From positions 5,217 through 69,216 of the forward strand of contig CACIBF010000004.1 in the NCBI GenBank assembly GCA_902584815.1: a stretch of DNA of 64,000 nt. The letters run 5' to 3'. This document shows positions 14,373 to 23,213 of this stretch, one piece after another (within the stretch, counting starts at the first letter, position 1; each line of letters opens with the position of its first letter). Below the pieces are notes generated by a model that was given only the letters and a program-made list of their open reading frames with translations, had not been told where the DNA came from and made no database searches. This DNA is from an uncultured Pelagibacteraceae bacterium (GTDB lineage Bacteria; Pseudomonadota; Alphaproteobacteria; Pelagibacterales; AG-422-B15). The position numbers and the translations under genes are program-made.

Positions 14373-14788
14373 TTTTCTTTTTTTTCTATCCATGGAATTG
14401 TTGAAACATCAATTCCCTCATCTTGTAAATCTTTAACATCTTCTTTTGAAGCAGTTCCATAGATTGGTTTCTTTTTTAACTTGTCATAATGAATCCGTCT
14501 TGCTTCGTAAGTAAAATTATCACCAACGTACTCAGCATTTTTTTCAACAAAACTTTGAACATCTTTAATTTTTGATCTTAGCTCATTCATTACTTTTTTT
14601 TTATTAATATCTGAGCTTTTATTTAATGAAACATTAGGAGCTGAAAGGCCTTTCTTTACATTTGTGGAACCACATTGAGTGCATTCAACAAGACTTTTTT
14701 TAATTTGAGTTTGACATGAAGAATAAGTATCGAACCAACCCTCAAATTCATTAGAACAGTCATTACATAAAATATTTAGAACAATCAT
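14369..14788 (-). CDS. DUF1178 family zinc-ribbon protein
   Basis: The N-terminal pattern C-x2-C...C-x2-C (LCNDCSNEFEGWF...ECTQCGS) followed by GLSAPNV matches DUF1178 as I recall it. This is the common alphaproteobacterial neighbourhood next to the nitrilase and grxC genes. Confidence 0.7.
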   Translation of the reverse strand: MIVLNILCNDCSNEFEGWFDTYSSCQTQIKKSLVECTQCGSTNVKKGLSAPNVSLNKSSDINKKKVMNELRSKIKDVQSFVEKNAEYVGDNFTYEARRIHYDKLKKKPIYGTASKEDVKDLQDEGIDVSTIPWIEKKEN

Positions 14789-14819
14789 CTCATTTATATG
14801 GGTATGAATTCATTATTTT

Positions 14820-15635
14820 TCAATACCTCTTATCAATATTCCAACTAGGAATCATTTTTTTTGCTTGGGTACTTAAGCTCTCATCGACTCTTGCATAAAT
14901 TATTCCTGGTTTATATTTTGCTGAAGCAATAATCTTTCCCATCGGATCAATTATAAGACTATGACCGTAAGTACATCTGTTAATTGAATTTTGCCCACAT
15001 TGTGCTGGCGCAAAAATATATACACCATTTTCAATAGCTCTTGATCTTAACAAAATTTTCCAATGCCTTTGGCCAGTGTATTTTGTAAAAGCTGATGGAA
15101 TAGAAATAAACTTTGATCCCGCTTGTGAGAGTTTTCTATATAGATTGGGGAACCTTAAATCATAGCATATGCTCATACCAATTTTCCCCCATGGTAAATT
15201 AGCCACTTTAATCTCTTTTCCTGAGTCAAAAATTTCTGACTCATTATAAAATTCTTGATTTGATAGTTTTACATCAAACATATGAATTTTATCATAAAAT
15301 GAAACAACGTTTCCATATTTATTAATTAAATAAGATCGATTTCGTATTTTATTTTTTTTATCCAGAATTACTAATGATCCAATTAAAATCCAAATCTTAT
15401 TTTTTTTTGAAATTTTTTTAATTGATTTTAAAAAAATATCTTCTTCCTCACGTTTTATAATGTCTAAAAGATTTCTTTTCTTTAAGGACATAATATTAGA
15501 GGTTTCTGGTGTAATAATAAGCTCAGCTCTATTTTCGATAGCTTTATGAATATAGTTTACAAGATGATTTAAATTTCTATTTAAACATTGCTTAGTGTTT
15601 AGTTGTATACATGCAACTTTAAATTTTTTACTCAT
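14820..15635 (-). CDS. Carbon-nitrogen hydrolase (nitrilase superfamily, Nit-like amidase)
   Basis: The E-K-C catalytic triad context is LIITPETSN, YDKIHMFD and GMSICYDLRFP. The protein is 271 aa. Confidence 0.85.
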   Translation of the reverse strand: MSKKFKVACIQLNTKQCLNRNLNHLVNYIHKAIENRAELIITPETSNIMSLKKRNLLDIIKREEEDIFLKSIKKISKKNKIWILIGSLVILDKKNKIRNRSYLINKYGNVVSFYDKIHMFDVKLSNQEFYNESEIFDSGKEIKVANLPWGKIGMSICYDLRFPNLYRKLSQAGSKFISIPSAFTKYTGQRHWKILLRSRAIENGVYIFAPAQCGQNSINRCTYGHSLIIDPMGKIIASAKYKPGIIYARVDESLSTQAKKMIPSWNIDKRY

Positions 15636-15891
15636 TCAATAAAAGTGAATCTAATTCGCCTTTTTGAACAAGTTTGTTTAATTCATCAAAACCACCAACA
15701 TAATGATCATTCACAAAAATTTGTGGAACAGTTCTTTTTCCATTTGATTTCAATAGCATTTCATCTCTTTTTTCAGGAAAATTTTGAATATTTATTTCAT
15801 TATAACTTAGATTCAGTTTTTCAAGCAGTTTTTTGGCTTGAACACAATAGTTGCAAAAGTTTGAGGAATAAACAATTATGTTGTTTGACAT
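15628..15891 (-). CDS. grxC: Glutaredoxin 3
   Basis: 87 aa. The active site is CNYC. The segment TVPQIFVNDHYVGGFDEL is typical of GrxC. Confidence 0.9.
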   Translation of the reverse strand: MSNNIIVYSSNFCNYCVQAKKLLEKLNLSYNEINIQNFPEKRDEMLLKSNGKRTVPQIFVNDHYVGGFDELNKLVQKGELDSLLLNE

Positions 15892-15933
15892 AGCTTCTTA
15901 TATAATAAAAAAAAAATATATATAAGCAATAAA

Positions 15934-16644
15934 ATGTTTAATCATAAAATAATAAAGAAAAAACTATCTAGGTCATTATCAATTGTTTCTTCAAAAAATC
16001 ACATTGATGAATTAATTTTTGAAATTTATCTATCAATTATCAATGAACAACGCGCTAAATTTAACGATCTATGCATTGTTTCAAATAATCAGAATATTAT
16101 AAGTCAATTATCATCAAAAAATGTGAAAGCACTGACATTTAAAAAACTATTCTTAGAAGAAAATAATTCATTTGATCTGATAATCATATTATCTGAACTA
16201 AATTTTAGAGATAAAATTGAAATAGACTTAAAAAATATAAAACCAATTTTGAAAAAAGAGGGATTACTATTGTGTTCTTTTTTCTCAGAAAAAAATTTAT
16301 TTAATTTCAAAGACCTTATGAATAAAATTGAAATTTGTTTTTTTAATGGGATATCACAAAGATTTCATCCTATTATTGACATTAGAGACATAGGAAATTT
16401 ATTTAATCAATTAGGCTATAATAATACTGTGATACAAAAAGAAAATTTTCAATATCAGTATGATTCTCTAGAGCAGTTTATAATCCATATGAGAAAAATG
16501 GCTTTTACTAACGCTTTACTCACGCGATCAAATCGTCCTCTAAATAAAAAATTTTATTTAGAACTTAAGAAAGAGTTTATTCAAACTTTAAATGGAAATA
16601 TCAATTTTGAAATTTTAATTTCATGTTCTTGGAAAGAAAGCTAG
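15934..16644 (+). CDS. Methyltransferase-fold protein of the alphaproteobacterial BioC/NDUFAF5-like family, with no recognisable SAM glycine motif
   Basis: The position next to grxC and the C-terminal blocks (FDLIIILSELNF, LKKEGLLLCSFFSEKNLFNFKDL, IIDIRDIGNLFNQLGY, MRKMAFTNAL) fit that family. Where motif I (xxDxGxGxG) should be, the protein reads FNDLCIVSNNQN. Confidence 0.5.
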   Translation: MFNHKIIKKKLSRSLSIVSSKNHIDELIFEIYLSIINEQRAKFNDLCIVSNNQNIISQLSSKNVKALTFKKLFLEENNSFDLIIILSELNFRDKIEIDLKNIKPILKKEGLLLCSFFSEKNLFNFKDLMNKIEICFFNGISQRFHPIIDIRDIGNLFNQLGYNNTVIQKENFQYQYDSLEQFIIHMRKMAFTNALLTRSNRPLNKKFYLELKKEFIQTLNGNINFEILISCSWKES

Positions 16645-17036
16645 AGATTTTCTATTGATTTTATGAGACTTTGATTGCCAGGTAAAAGTTTTGCCTCTGA
16701 TAATTTTTTTATATTTATCCATTTATGGTTCACGTTTTCTGAGCTTGATATATTACCGTACCATTTTCTTACAATAAATGAGTGCATAATTAAATTGAAT
16801 CTGGAGTACCTATGTTGAATAAACTGGAATGGCTTTAGATTATTTTCATTTACATAAATAGCAAGCTCCTCATATAGCTCTCTAGACAAAGCAGAATAAA
16901 AGTTTTCACTATTTTCAACTTTTCCACCTGGAAACTCATAGTATGACTTTAAAAACTCTTTATGTTTTCTACTAAGAATAAGTGTCTGATTTTTTTGATT
17001 TAGTAAAATACCACAAGAACAAAATACATTCTTCAT
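16641..17036 (-). CDS. mutT: NUDIX hydrolase (MutT-like 8-oxo-dGTP diphosphatase)
   Basis: The Nudix box is FPGGKVENSENFYSALSRELYEELAI. The protein is 131 aa. Confidence 0.8.
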   Translation of the reverse strand: MKNVFCSCGILLNQKNQTLILSRKHKEFLKSYYEFPGGKVENSENFYSALSRELYEELAIYVNENNLKPFQFIQHRYSRFNLIMHSFIVRKWYGNISSSENVNHKWINIKKLSEAKLLPGNQSLIKSIENL

Positions 17037-18271
17037 GTCTTATATGATGCATTAATATCTATGTACTGTTTACTTAAATCACAGGTAAGTATTCTAGATG
17101 ACTTAATTCCCAAGCCTAAATCAACCGTAATTTTAATATTGTCTTTTCCCAAGTATTTAGAAATTATTTTATCATCCACTTTGGAGTGAGCTGTACCATT
17201 TTTTATTACTAAATATTTACCAAAATAAACCTTTAGTTTTTTAATGTTTATATTTATATAGGTTTTTCCTAAAGCCATTATAATTCTTCCCCAATTAGGA
17301 TCTGAGCCATGTATAGCAGTCTTCACTAGAGGTGAATTTGCAATTGACTTTGCAAATGTGTTTGCGTCTTTTTCATTTCTGGCATTTAAAACATTAATTT
17401 CAATTAATTTAGTAGCACCTTCTCCATCTCTTACAATGAGCTCTGATAATTTCATAAATACTTTTTTTAATTTTTTCTTAAAATCAATAATTCTTTTATC
17501 ATTGACATTTTTAATTGGTTTTTTAAATTTTATTGCTCTAGTAGAAGCAAGAATGACTGTATCATTTGTTGATTCTTCACCATCTACAGATATTGAATTA
17601 AAACTGTAAGATATATTTTCTTTTAATAGTTTGTTCAAAATTTCCGATCCAAAATCTGCATCGATAAATATAAAACCTAGCATTGTAGCCATATTGGGCT
17701 CAATCATGCCTGAACCTTTAGAAATACCAGTAATTGTAATCCTCTTTCCTTCAATCATTGAAGTTACGGACACTCCTTTTGGAAAAGTATCTGTAGTCAT
17801 AATTGCTCTTGCAGAATTCATCCATTCCTTAGTCATCTGAGGTTTAGTAATTGTTTTTAAAACCTGACTAATAGGAAATTTCTCACCAATAACACCTGTT
17901 GAGGCTACAAAAATGTTATTGTCATTTATCAAATATGTTTTCTTAATTTGATTAACAATGGATCTTATTGATTGTTTTCCATGATTGCCTGTAAAAGTAT
18001 TTGCATTCCCAGAGTTAACAAAAAGTGCATGAATCTTTTTATTTTTTAAAATTTTCTCATTCCAATCTAAAGTAAAAGATCTTATTGATGATTTTGTGAA
18101 TACTTCAGCAACAGATGAATTTTTAGGAAATACAAAAATTGCAATATCATCTCTATTTTTACTATAAAGACCAGCTGAAAATGTATAAAGATTTAGACCT
18201 TGCACCGGCATTAACTTAGGCTCATTAATAGGGGCAAGGGGTGATTTTTTTAAAGAGAAATTTCTAGGCAT
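17033..18271 (-). CDS. argJ: Bifunctional glutamate N-acetyltransferase / amino-acid acetyltransferase
   Basis: The protein shows full-length ArgJ similarity. The autoprocessing site context is PNMATMLGFIFIDA. Confidence 0.95.
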   Translation of the reverse strand: MPRNFSLKKSPLAPINEPKLMPVQGLNLYTFSAGLYSKNRDDIAIFVFPKNSSVAEVFTKSSIRSFTLDWNEKILKNKKIHALFVNSGNANTFTGNHGKQSIRSIVNQIKKTYLINDNNIFVASTGVIGEKFPISQVLKTITKPQMTKEWMNSARAIMTTDTFPKGVSVTSMIEGKRITITGISKGSGMIEPNMATMLGFIFIDADFGSEILNKLLKENISYSFNSISVDGEESTNDTVILASTRAIKFKKPIKNVNDKRIIDFKKKLKKVFMKLSELIVRDGEGATKLIEINVLNARNEKDANTFAKSIANSPLVKTAIHGSDPNWGRIIMALGKTYININIKKLKVYFGKYLVIKNGTAHSKVDDKIISKYLGKDNIKITVDLGLGIKSSRILTCDLSKQYIDINASYKT

Positions 18272-18370
18272 AATTTAAATATTCTATTTAATTTTTAGTC
18301 TAATTGACATTAGTATATCAACGTATAAAAACTTAATTAATCAATAAATAATATCAAAAATATATTTAAT

Positions 18371-20971
18371 ATGTTTAATCTAGGCTCTTTTTTAAGCACT
18401 ATTCTTGGACAAGACAATACAAAAAAATTACGTGAATTTTCTCACCAAGTAGAGAAAATTAATAACATTGAACAAGAATTTGAGAATAAATCATCTGATG
18501 AATTAAAACTGTATGCTTCCAAACTAAAAGAGCGGCACTCTAATGGTGAAGAACTTGACTCTCTTCTAATTGAATCATTTGCTCTTGTAAGAGAAGCGGC
18601 AAAGAGAACCTTAGGTCAAAGACATTTTGATGTTCAGTTAATTGGTGGCATGATTCTTCATAAAGGTGGCATTGCTGAAATGAAAACTGGAGAAGGGAAA
18701 ACATTAGTATCAACATTGCCAGCATTTTTAAACTCATTATCTGGAAAAGGTGTTCATATTGTTACTGTTAATGATTATCTAGCGAGAAGAGATTCTGAGT
18801 GGATGGGGAAAATCTTTCGTCATTTAGGTCTAACTGTTGGCTGCCTAACGAGTGAGTCATCAGGAATAGAGCACAGACAAGAAATGTACAATTCGGATAT
18901 TACATATGGAACGAATAATGAATTTGGCTTTGACTATTTAAGAGATAATTTAAGAGTACAATCAAATAACCTAGTACAAAGACCTCATAACTTCTGCATT
19001 GTTGATGAGGTCGATAGTATACTCATTGATGAGTCTAGAACTCCACTTGTCATTTCTGGTGAAACTCAAGACAAGACAGCTCTGTATAGTACTATTGATA
19101 AGATTATTCCTTTCCTAAATCAGGCTGATTATGAAATTGATGAAAAGTCAAAAACCGCAAATTTAACTGATCTAGGAAATGATAGAGCAGAAGAGATTTT
19201 GAAAAAACAAAATCTTATAAAAAATGGAGCTTTATATGATGCTGAAAATGTAACAATAGTACATCATATTAATCAAGCTTTAAGAGCTCATAAACTTTTT
19301 GAAATTGACAGAGATTATATCATAAAGGATGGACAAGTAGTTATTGTTGATGAATTTACGGGCCGAACCATGGAAGGAAGAAGATATGGGGATGGACTTC
19401 ATCAAGCAATTGAAGCTAAAGAGAAAGTAAGTGTTCAAAATGAAAGTCAAACAATTGCATCAATAACATACCAAAACTACTTTAGACTTTATAATAAAAT
19501 TTCTGGAATGACTGGTACTGCTCTTACCGAAGCAGAAGAATTTGGTGATATTTATGGTTTAGCTGTGTTTGAGGTTCCAACTAATACTAAAATTTCAAGG
19601 ATAGATAATGAAGATGAAATTTATAGGACCGCAGACGAAAAATATAATGCGATTATTGAACAAACCAAGGAATGTAACGAAAGATCTCAGCCCGTTTTAA
19701 TTGGAACAACAAGCATTGAGAAATCAGAAACAATTTCAAAGAAATTAAAGAAAGCCAATATTAAGCACGTTGTATTAAATGCAAAGTTTCATGAGCAGGA
19801 AGCGGATATTATTGCAAATGCTGGATCACCTTCCTCGGTTACTATTGCAACAAATATGGCAGGTAGAGGAACCGATATTCAACTTGGAGGAAATCTTGAA
19901 TATAACCGGTCATTACAAAAAGAAAATTCAATTTCAGGTACTCTTGAGAATGAATTTATTGAAAAAAAAGATCAAGTTATCAATTCTGGAGGGCTCTATG
20001 TTATTGGAAGTGAACGCCATGAAAGTAGAAGAATTGATAATCAATTAAGAGGAAGATCTGGGAGACAAGGTGACCCAGGAGAAACTAAATTTTTTCTCAG
20101 TCTTGAAGATGACCTTATGCGTATTTTTGGTTCAGAAAAAATGGATACTCTCCTTAAGTCATTAGGTCTTAAAGATGGTGAATCTATTCAACATGCCTGG
20201 ATTTCTAAAGCTTTAGAGAGAGCTCAAAAAAAAGTCGAAGGAAGAAATTTTGATATTAGAAAAACATTACTGAAATTTGATGATGTGTTGAATGATCAGC
20301 GAAAGATAATTTTTGAACAAAGATTCGAGCTTATGAACTCTAATGATATAACTACTATCACTAATGAAATGCAATATGATGTTGCAGATACATTGGTTGA
20401 TGATTATGCACCACCAAAAACTTTTATTGACCAATGGGATATTGAGTCTCTTGAGAGTGAAATTAGAAGTCATTTCACGGCAAACTTAGACATTAAAAAA
20501 CTTATAGACGAAAGTAATGACGATCAGGAAAAAATTAAAGAAAAAATTTATAGCATTATTAATAAAAACTCAGAAAAGCGAGTAAACAATATACCACTTG
20601 ATGCGATTAACAGCCTTGAAAAAATGGTTCTATTAAAAATAATAGATGATAAATGGAAGGATCACATTAACAACCTTGAACAATTAAGACAAACAATTGG
20701 ACTTCGGGGTTACGGTCAAAGAGATCCTCTTAATGAGTATAAAAATGAGGCATTTGGACTATTTGAAGAGCTTTTATCTAGTTTGAAAGTTGATGTCACC
20801 AAAGTCTTTTCAAGAATGGTTCTTCAACCAAATCCAAATACTAATGAAAACATTGAGACTAATAACGAATTGAGCAAAAATAATGCTCCTATTACAAAAA
20901 AAATTCCTAGAAATTCACCGTGTCCGTGTGGATCAGGCAGAAAATACAAACATTGCCATGGAAAAATATAA
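18371..20971 (+). CDS. secA: Preprotein translocase ATPase SecA
   Basis: 866 aa. The Walker A is MKTGEGKTL, the DEAD-like motif is VDEVDSILIDE, and the C-terminal zinc motif is CPCGSGRKYKHCHG. Confidence 0.97.
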   Translation: MFNLGSFLSTILGQDNTKKLREFSHQVEKINNIEQEFENKSSDELKLYASKLKERHSNGEELDSLLIESFALVREAAKRTLGQRHFDVQLIGGMILHKGGIAEMKTGEGKTLVSTLPAFLNSLSGKGVHIVTVNDYLARRDSEWMGKIFRHLGLTVGCLTSESSGIEHRQEMYNSDITYGTNNEFGFDYLRDNLRVQSNNLVQRPHNFCIVDEVDSILIDESRTPLVISGETQDKTALYSTIDKIIPFLNQADYEIDEKSKTANLTDLGNDRAEEILKKQNLIKNGALYDAENVTIVHHINQALRAHKLFEIDRDYIIKDGQVVIVDEFTGRTMEGRRYGDGLHQAIEAKEKVSVQNESQTIASITYQNYFRLYNKISGMTGTALTEAEEFGDIYGLAVFEVPTNTKISRIDNEDEIYRTADEKYNAIIEQTKECNERSQPVLIGTTSIEKSETISKKLKKANIKHVVLNAKFHEQEADIIANAGSPSSVTIATNMAGRGTDIQLGGNLEYNRSLQKENSISGTLENEFIEKKDQVINSGGLYVIGSERHESRRIDNQLRGRSGRQGDPGETKFFLSLEDDLMRIFGSEKMDTLLKSLGLKDGESIQHAWISKALERAQKKVEGRNFDIRKTLLKFDDVLNDQRKIIFEQRFELMNSNDITTITNEMQYDVADTLVDDYAPPKTFIDQWDIESLESEIRSHFTANLDIKKLIDESNDDQEKIKEKIYSIINKNSEKRVNNIPLDAINSLEKMVLLKIIDDKWKDHINNLEQLRQTIGLRGYGQRDPLNEYKNEAFGLFEELLSSLKVDVTKVFSRMVLQPNPNTNENIETNNELSKNNAPITKKIPRNSPCPCGSGRKYKHCHGKI

Positions 20972-20973
20972 TT

Positions 20974-21816
20974 TTAATTAATGCTCTTTATTATTTTCTT
21001 ATATCCTTCAAAATAATTAGCGTATTTAAGATCGATGCCTAATTCTTTTTTTATTAGACTATTGTCTATTTTTTTGTTTTCAGAGAAAAGGCTTTTTTTA
21101 TTCTCATTTTGATTATTTATTTTTAGTGGTACAGAAATATTTAACTCAGAGCATACATATTCAATTAGATCATTTAAACTTGATGGTAAATCATCAGCTA
21201 CATTATAAATACTAAATGGATTAGGTTTAAACATTGAAGCTTTAAGTATGTTCGTAAGATCATCTATATGAATACGTGAAAAAAATTGACTAGATGAACC
21301 CATATCTAAAATTTTATTTTCATAAATTCTTTTTATTATGTTTCTATTGGGTCCATAAATTCCAGCTATTCTAAATATATGAATTGGAAAATTCAAATCT
21401 TTACAGTAAGAAAGCCATTGATTTTCTGCAAGCAATCTATTTTTTCCTTTTTGAGTCGATGGAGAAGTTTTTGATTTTTCATCTACAAACTCTCCTCCAT
21501 GATCACCATAAACATTAGTCGCCGATAAATAACCTATCCAATTAAATTTACTTTTATTTTTTAATAAATTTCGGTAATTAAGATAAAAAGAGTCTCCATT
21601 ATCATCTGGAGGGACTGTAATTAAGAGATGTGTAAAATCATTATTTAATAAACATTCAGATATATTTGAATGATCAATTAGATCAACAAATTTATTGCCA
21701 TTTGCAATAACTTCTTTGTTTCTTGTATATCCAACAATTTTAGAAAAATTATCATTAAATTGATCTACAAGGTACTGAGCAGTGTAGCCAAAACCATATA
21801 TAAATAATTTCCTCAT
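20974..21816 (-). CDS. NAD-dependent epimerase/dehydratase-like (atypical SDR) protein
   Basis: 280 aa. The N-terminal beta-alpha-beta is degenerate (LFIYGFGYTAQYL). The core includes SATNVYGDHGG and RIAGIYGP. The function is not assignable. Confidence 0.55.
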   Translation of the reverse strand: MRKLFIYGFGYTAQYLVDQFNDNFSKIVGYTRNKEVIANGNKFVDLIDHSNISECLLNNDFTHLLITVPPDDNGDSFYLNYRNLLKNKSKFNWIGYLSATNVYGDHGGEFVDEKSKTSPSTQKGKNRLLAENQWLSYCKDLNFPIHIFRIAGIYGPNRNIIKRIYENKILDMGSSSQFFSRIHIDDLTNILKASMFKPNPFSIYNVADDLPSSLNDLIEYVCSELNISVPLKINNQNENKKSLFSENKKIDNSLIKKELGIDLKYANYFEGYKKIIKSIN

Positions 21817-21889
21817 ATTAATTAGCTATAAATTTAATTATTGTTTTTTACTATTTTTATTTTTCACTTCAGTATTATTTTATTGTGAT

Positions 21890-22033
21890 ATGGAGATTGA
21901 ATTTATCTTATTATTATTAATTACGGTAATTTTACTTTTTCTTTTTCAAATATCAAAAGTAATAAAAAATGGTTTTGAGTCTATAAAGTCAAGACAAGAT
22001 TATATTGAAAACAAGATAGACGATCTTAAGTAA
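21890..22033 (+). CDS. Small single-pass membrane protein candidate (47 aa, below the ORF-track cutoff)
   Basis: My translation is MEIEFILLLLITVILLFLFQISKVIKNGFESIKSRQDYIENKIDDLK*. It has one clear TM helix and a charged tail. It fills an otherwise unexplained 209-bp gap. It converges on queG with an 8-nt overlap. No homology call is possible. Confidence 0.35.
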   Translation: MEIEFILLLLITVILLFLFQISKVIKNGFESIKSRQDYIENKIDDLK

Positions 22034-23213
22034 GCTCCCATTCTTTAATCACATCTTTGTCCCTTTCTGAATGATAATAACTATTCTTTAATTTTTTAAA
22101 TTTACTCTTGTCACATAATTGAAACAAAGACCAAACAGCCATAGCTCTTACAAGATTAGATTCATCAATTAAAAGGGGGATGATATCATCAACAAAATTA
22201 TCGTCTCCCGAGTTACCGGCTGCAATAAGTACATTTCTTAAAAATCTATTTCTTCCAATACGCTTTATACTTGTGGTCGAAAATAATTTTCTAAAACCAT
22301 CATCATCTAATTTTAAAAAACTTTTTAGTTTTGGTTTATTAAATTCTTTACGAGGAAAAAAATCTTTATTGTTTGTTTTTTTTGCATATTTATTCCAAGG
22401 ACATACTGCTAAGCAGTCATCACATCCATAAACTCTATTTCCAATTTTTTTTCTAAATAATTCAGGAATATGAGATTTATGTTCTATTGTAAGATATGAA
22501 ATGCATTTGCTTGCATTAATTTGATATGGACTTTCAATGGCATTAGTAGGACAAATATCAATACATCTTTGACAAGATCCACAGTGATCAATCATTTCAT
22601 TATCACTCTTTAGATCGATATCTAAAAAAATTGAAGACAAAAACAACCAAGAACCAAATTCTTTTGAAACAATATTCGTATGCTTGCCTTGCCAACCAAT
22701 TCCTGCTTTCATAGCGAGTGGTTTTTCCATAATTGGAGCAGTATCAACAAAATACTTAACATCGCATTTATAGTTATCAACAATCCATCTTGATAGAGAT
22801 TTTAATTTTTTTTTAATTGTCAGGTGATAATCTCTTCCTCTTGCATAAACTGATACAATGCCAATATCTTTTTCATTTAATAAAGATAAAGAATTTTCAC
22901 GAAAATGATAATTGCTTGCTAAAACCAGTATTGATTTTGCTTCATTCCAAAGATTTTTTGGACTCGATCTAATCTCAGATCGATCTTCCATCCACCTCAT
23001 TTCTCCATGATAATTTTTATTGAGAAAATTCTGTAATTCTTTTTTTTGATTTTGAGTATTTTTAATATTTAAAATCTTTGCTTCATCAAATCCAAAACGA
23101 CTAGCGCCTTCAATTAAATTTTTTTCTTTGGATTTAGAACTTATTGAATTTTCCTCTTCTTTAAATCTTCTCTTAAAGGATGTTCCAGGGTATGAATTAT
23201 TTCTTTCGGACAT
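22026..23213 (-). CDS. queG: Epoxyqueuosine reductase
   Basis: It has the NYHGEMRWMEDR motif, a 4Fe-4S ferredoxin motif (CGSCQRCIDICPTNAI) and a second cluster (GCDDCLAVCPWN). The C-terminus is HEAT-like. The ATG at 23213 overlaps the gltB 3' end by 73 nt. The true start may be further downstream at a non-ATG codon. Confidence 0.85.
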   Translation of the reverse strand: MSERNNSYPGTSFKRRFKEEENSISSKSKEKNLIEGASRFGFDEAKILNIKNTQNQKKELQNFLNKNYHGEMRWMEDRSEIRSSPKNLWNEAKSILVLASNYHFRENSLSLLNEKDIGIVSVYARGRDYHLTIKKKLKSLSRWIVDNYKCDVKYFVDTAPIMEKPLAMKAGIGWQGKHTNIVSKEFGSWLFLSSIFLDIDLKSDNEMIDHCGSCQRCIDICPTNAIESPYQINASKCISYLTIEHKSHIPELFRKKIGNRVYGCDDCLAVCPWNKYAKKTNNKDFFPRKEFNKPKLKSFLKLDDDGFRKLFSTTSIKRIGRNRFLRNVLIAAGNSGDDNFVDDIIPLLIDESNLVRAMAVWSLFQLCDKSKFKKLKNSYYHSERDKDVIKEWELT

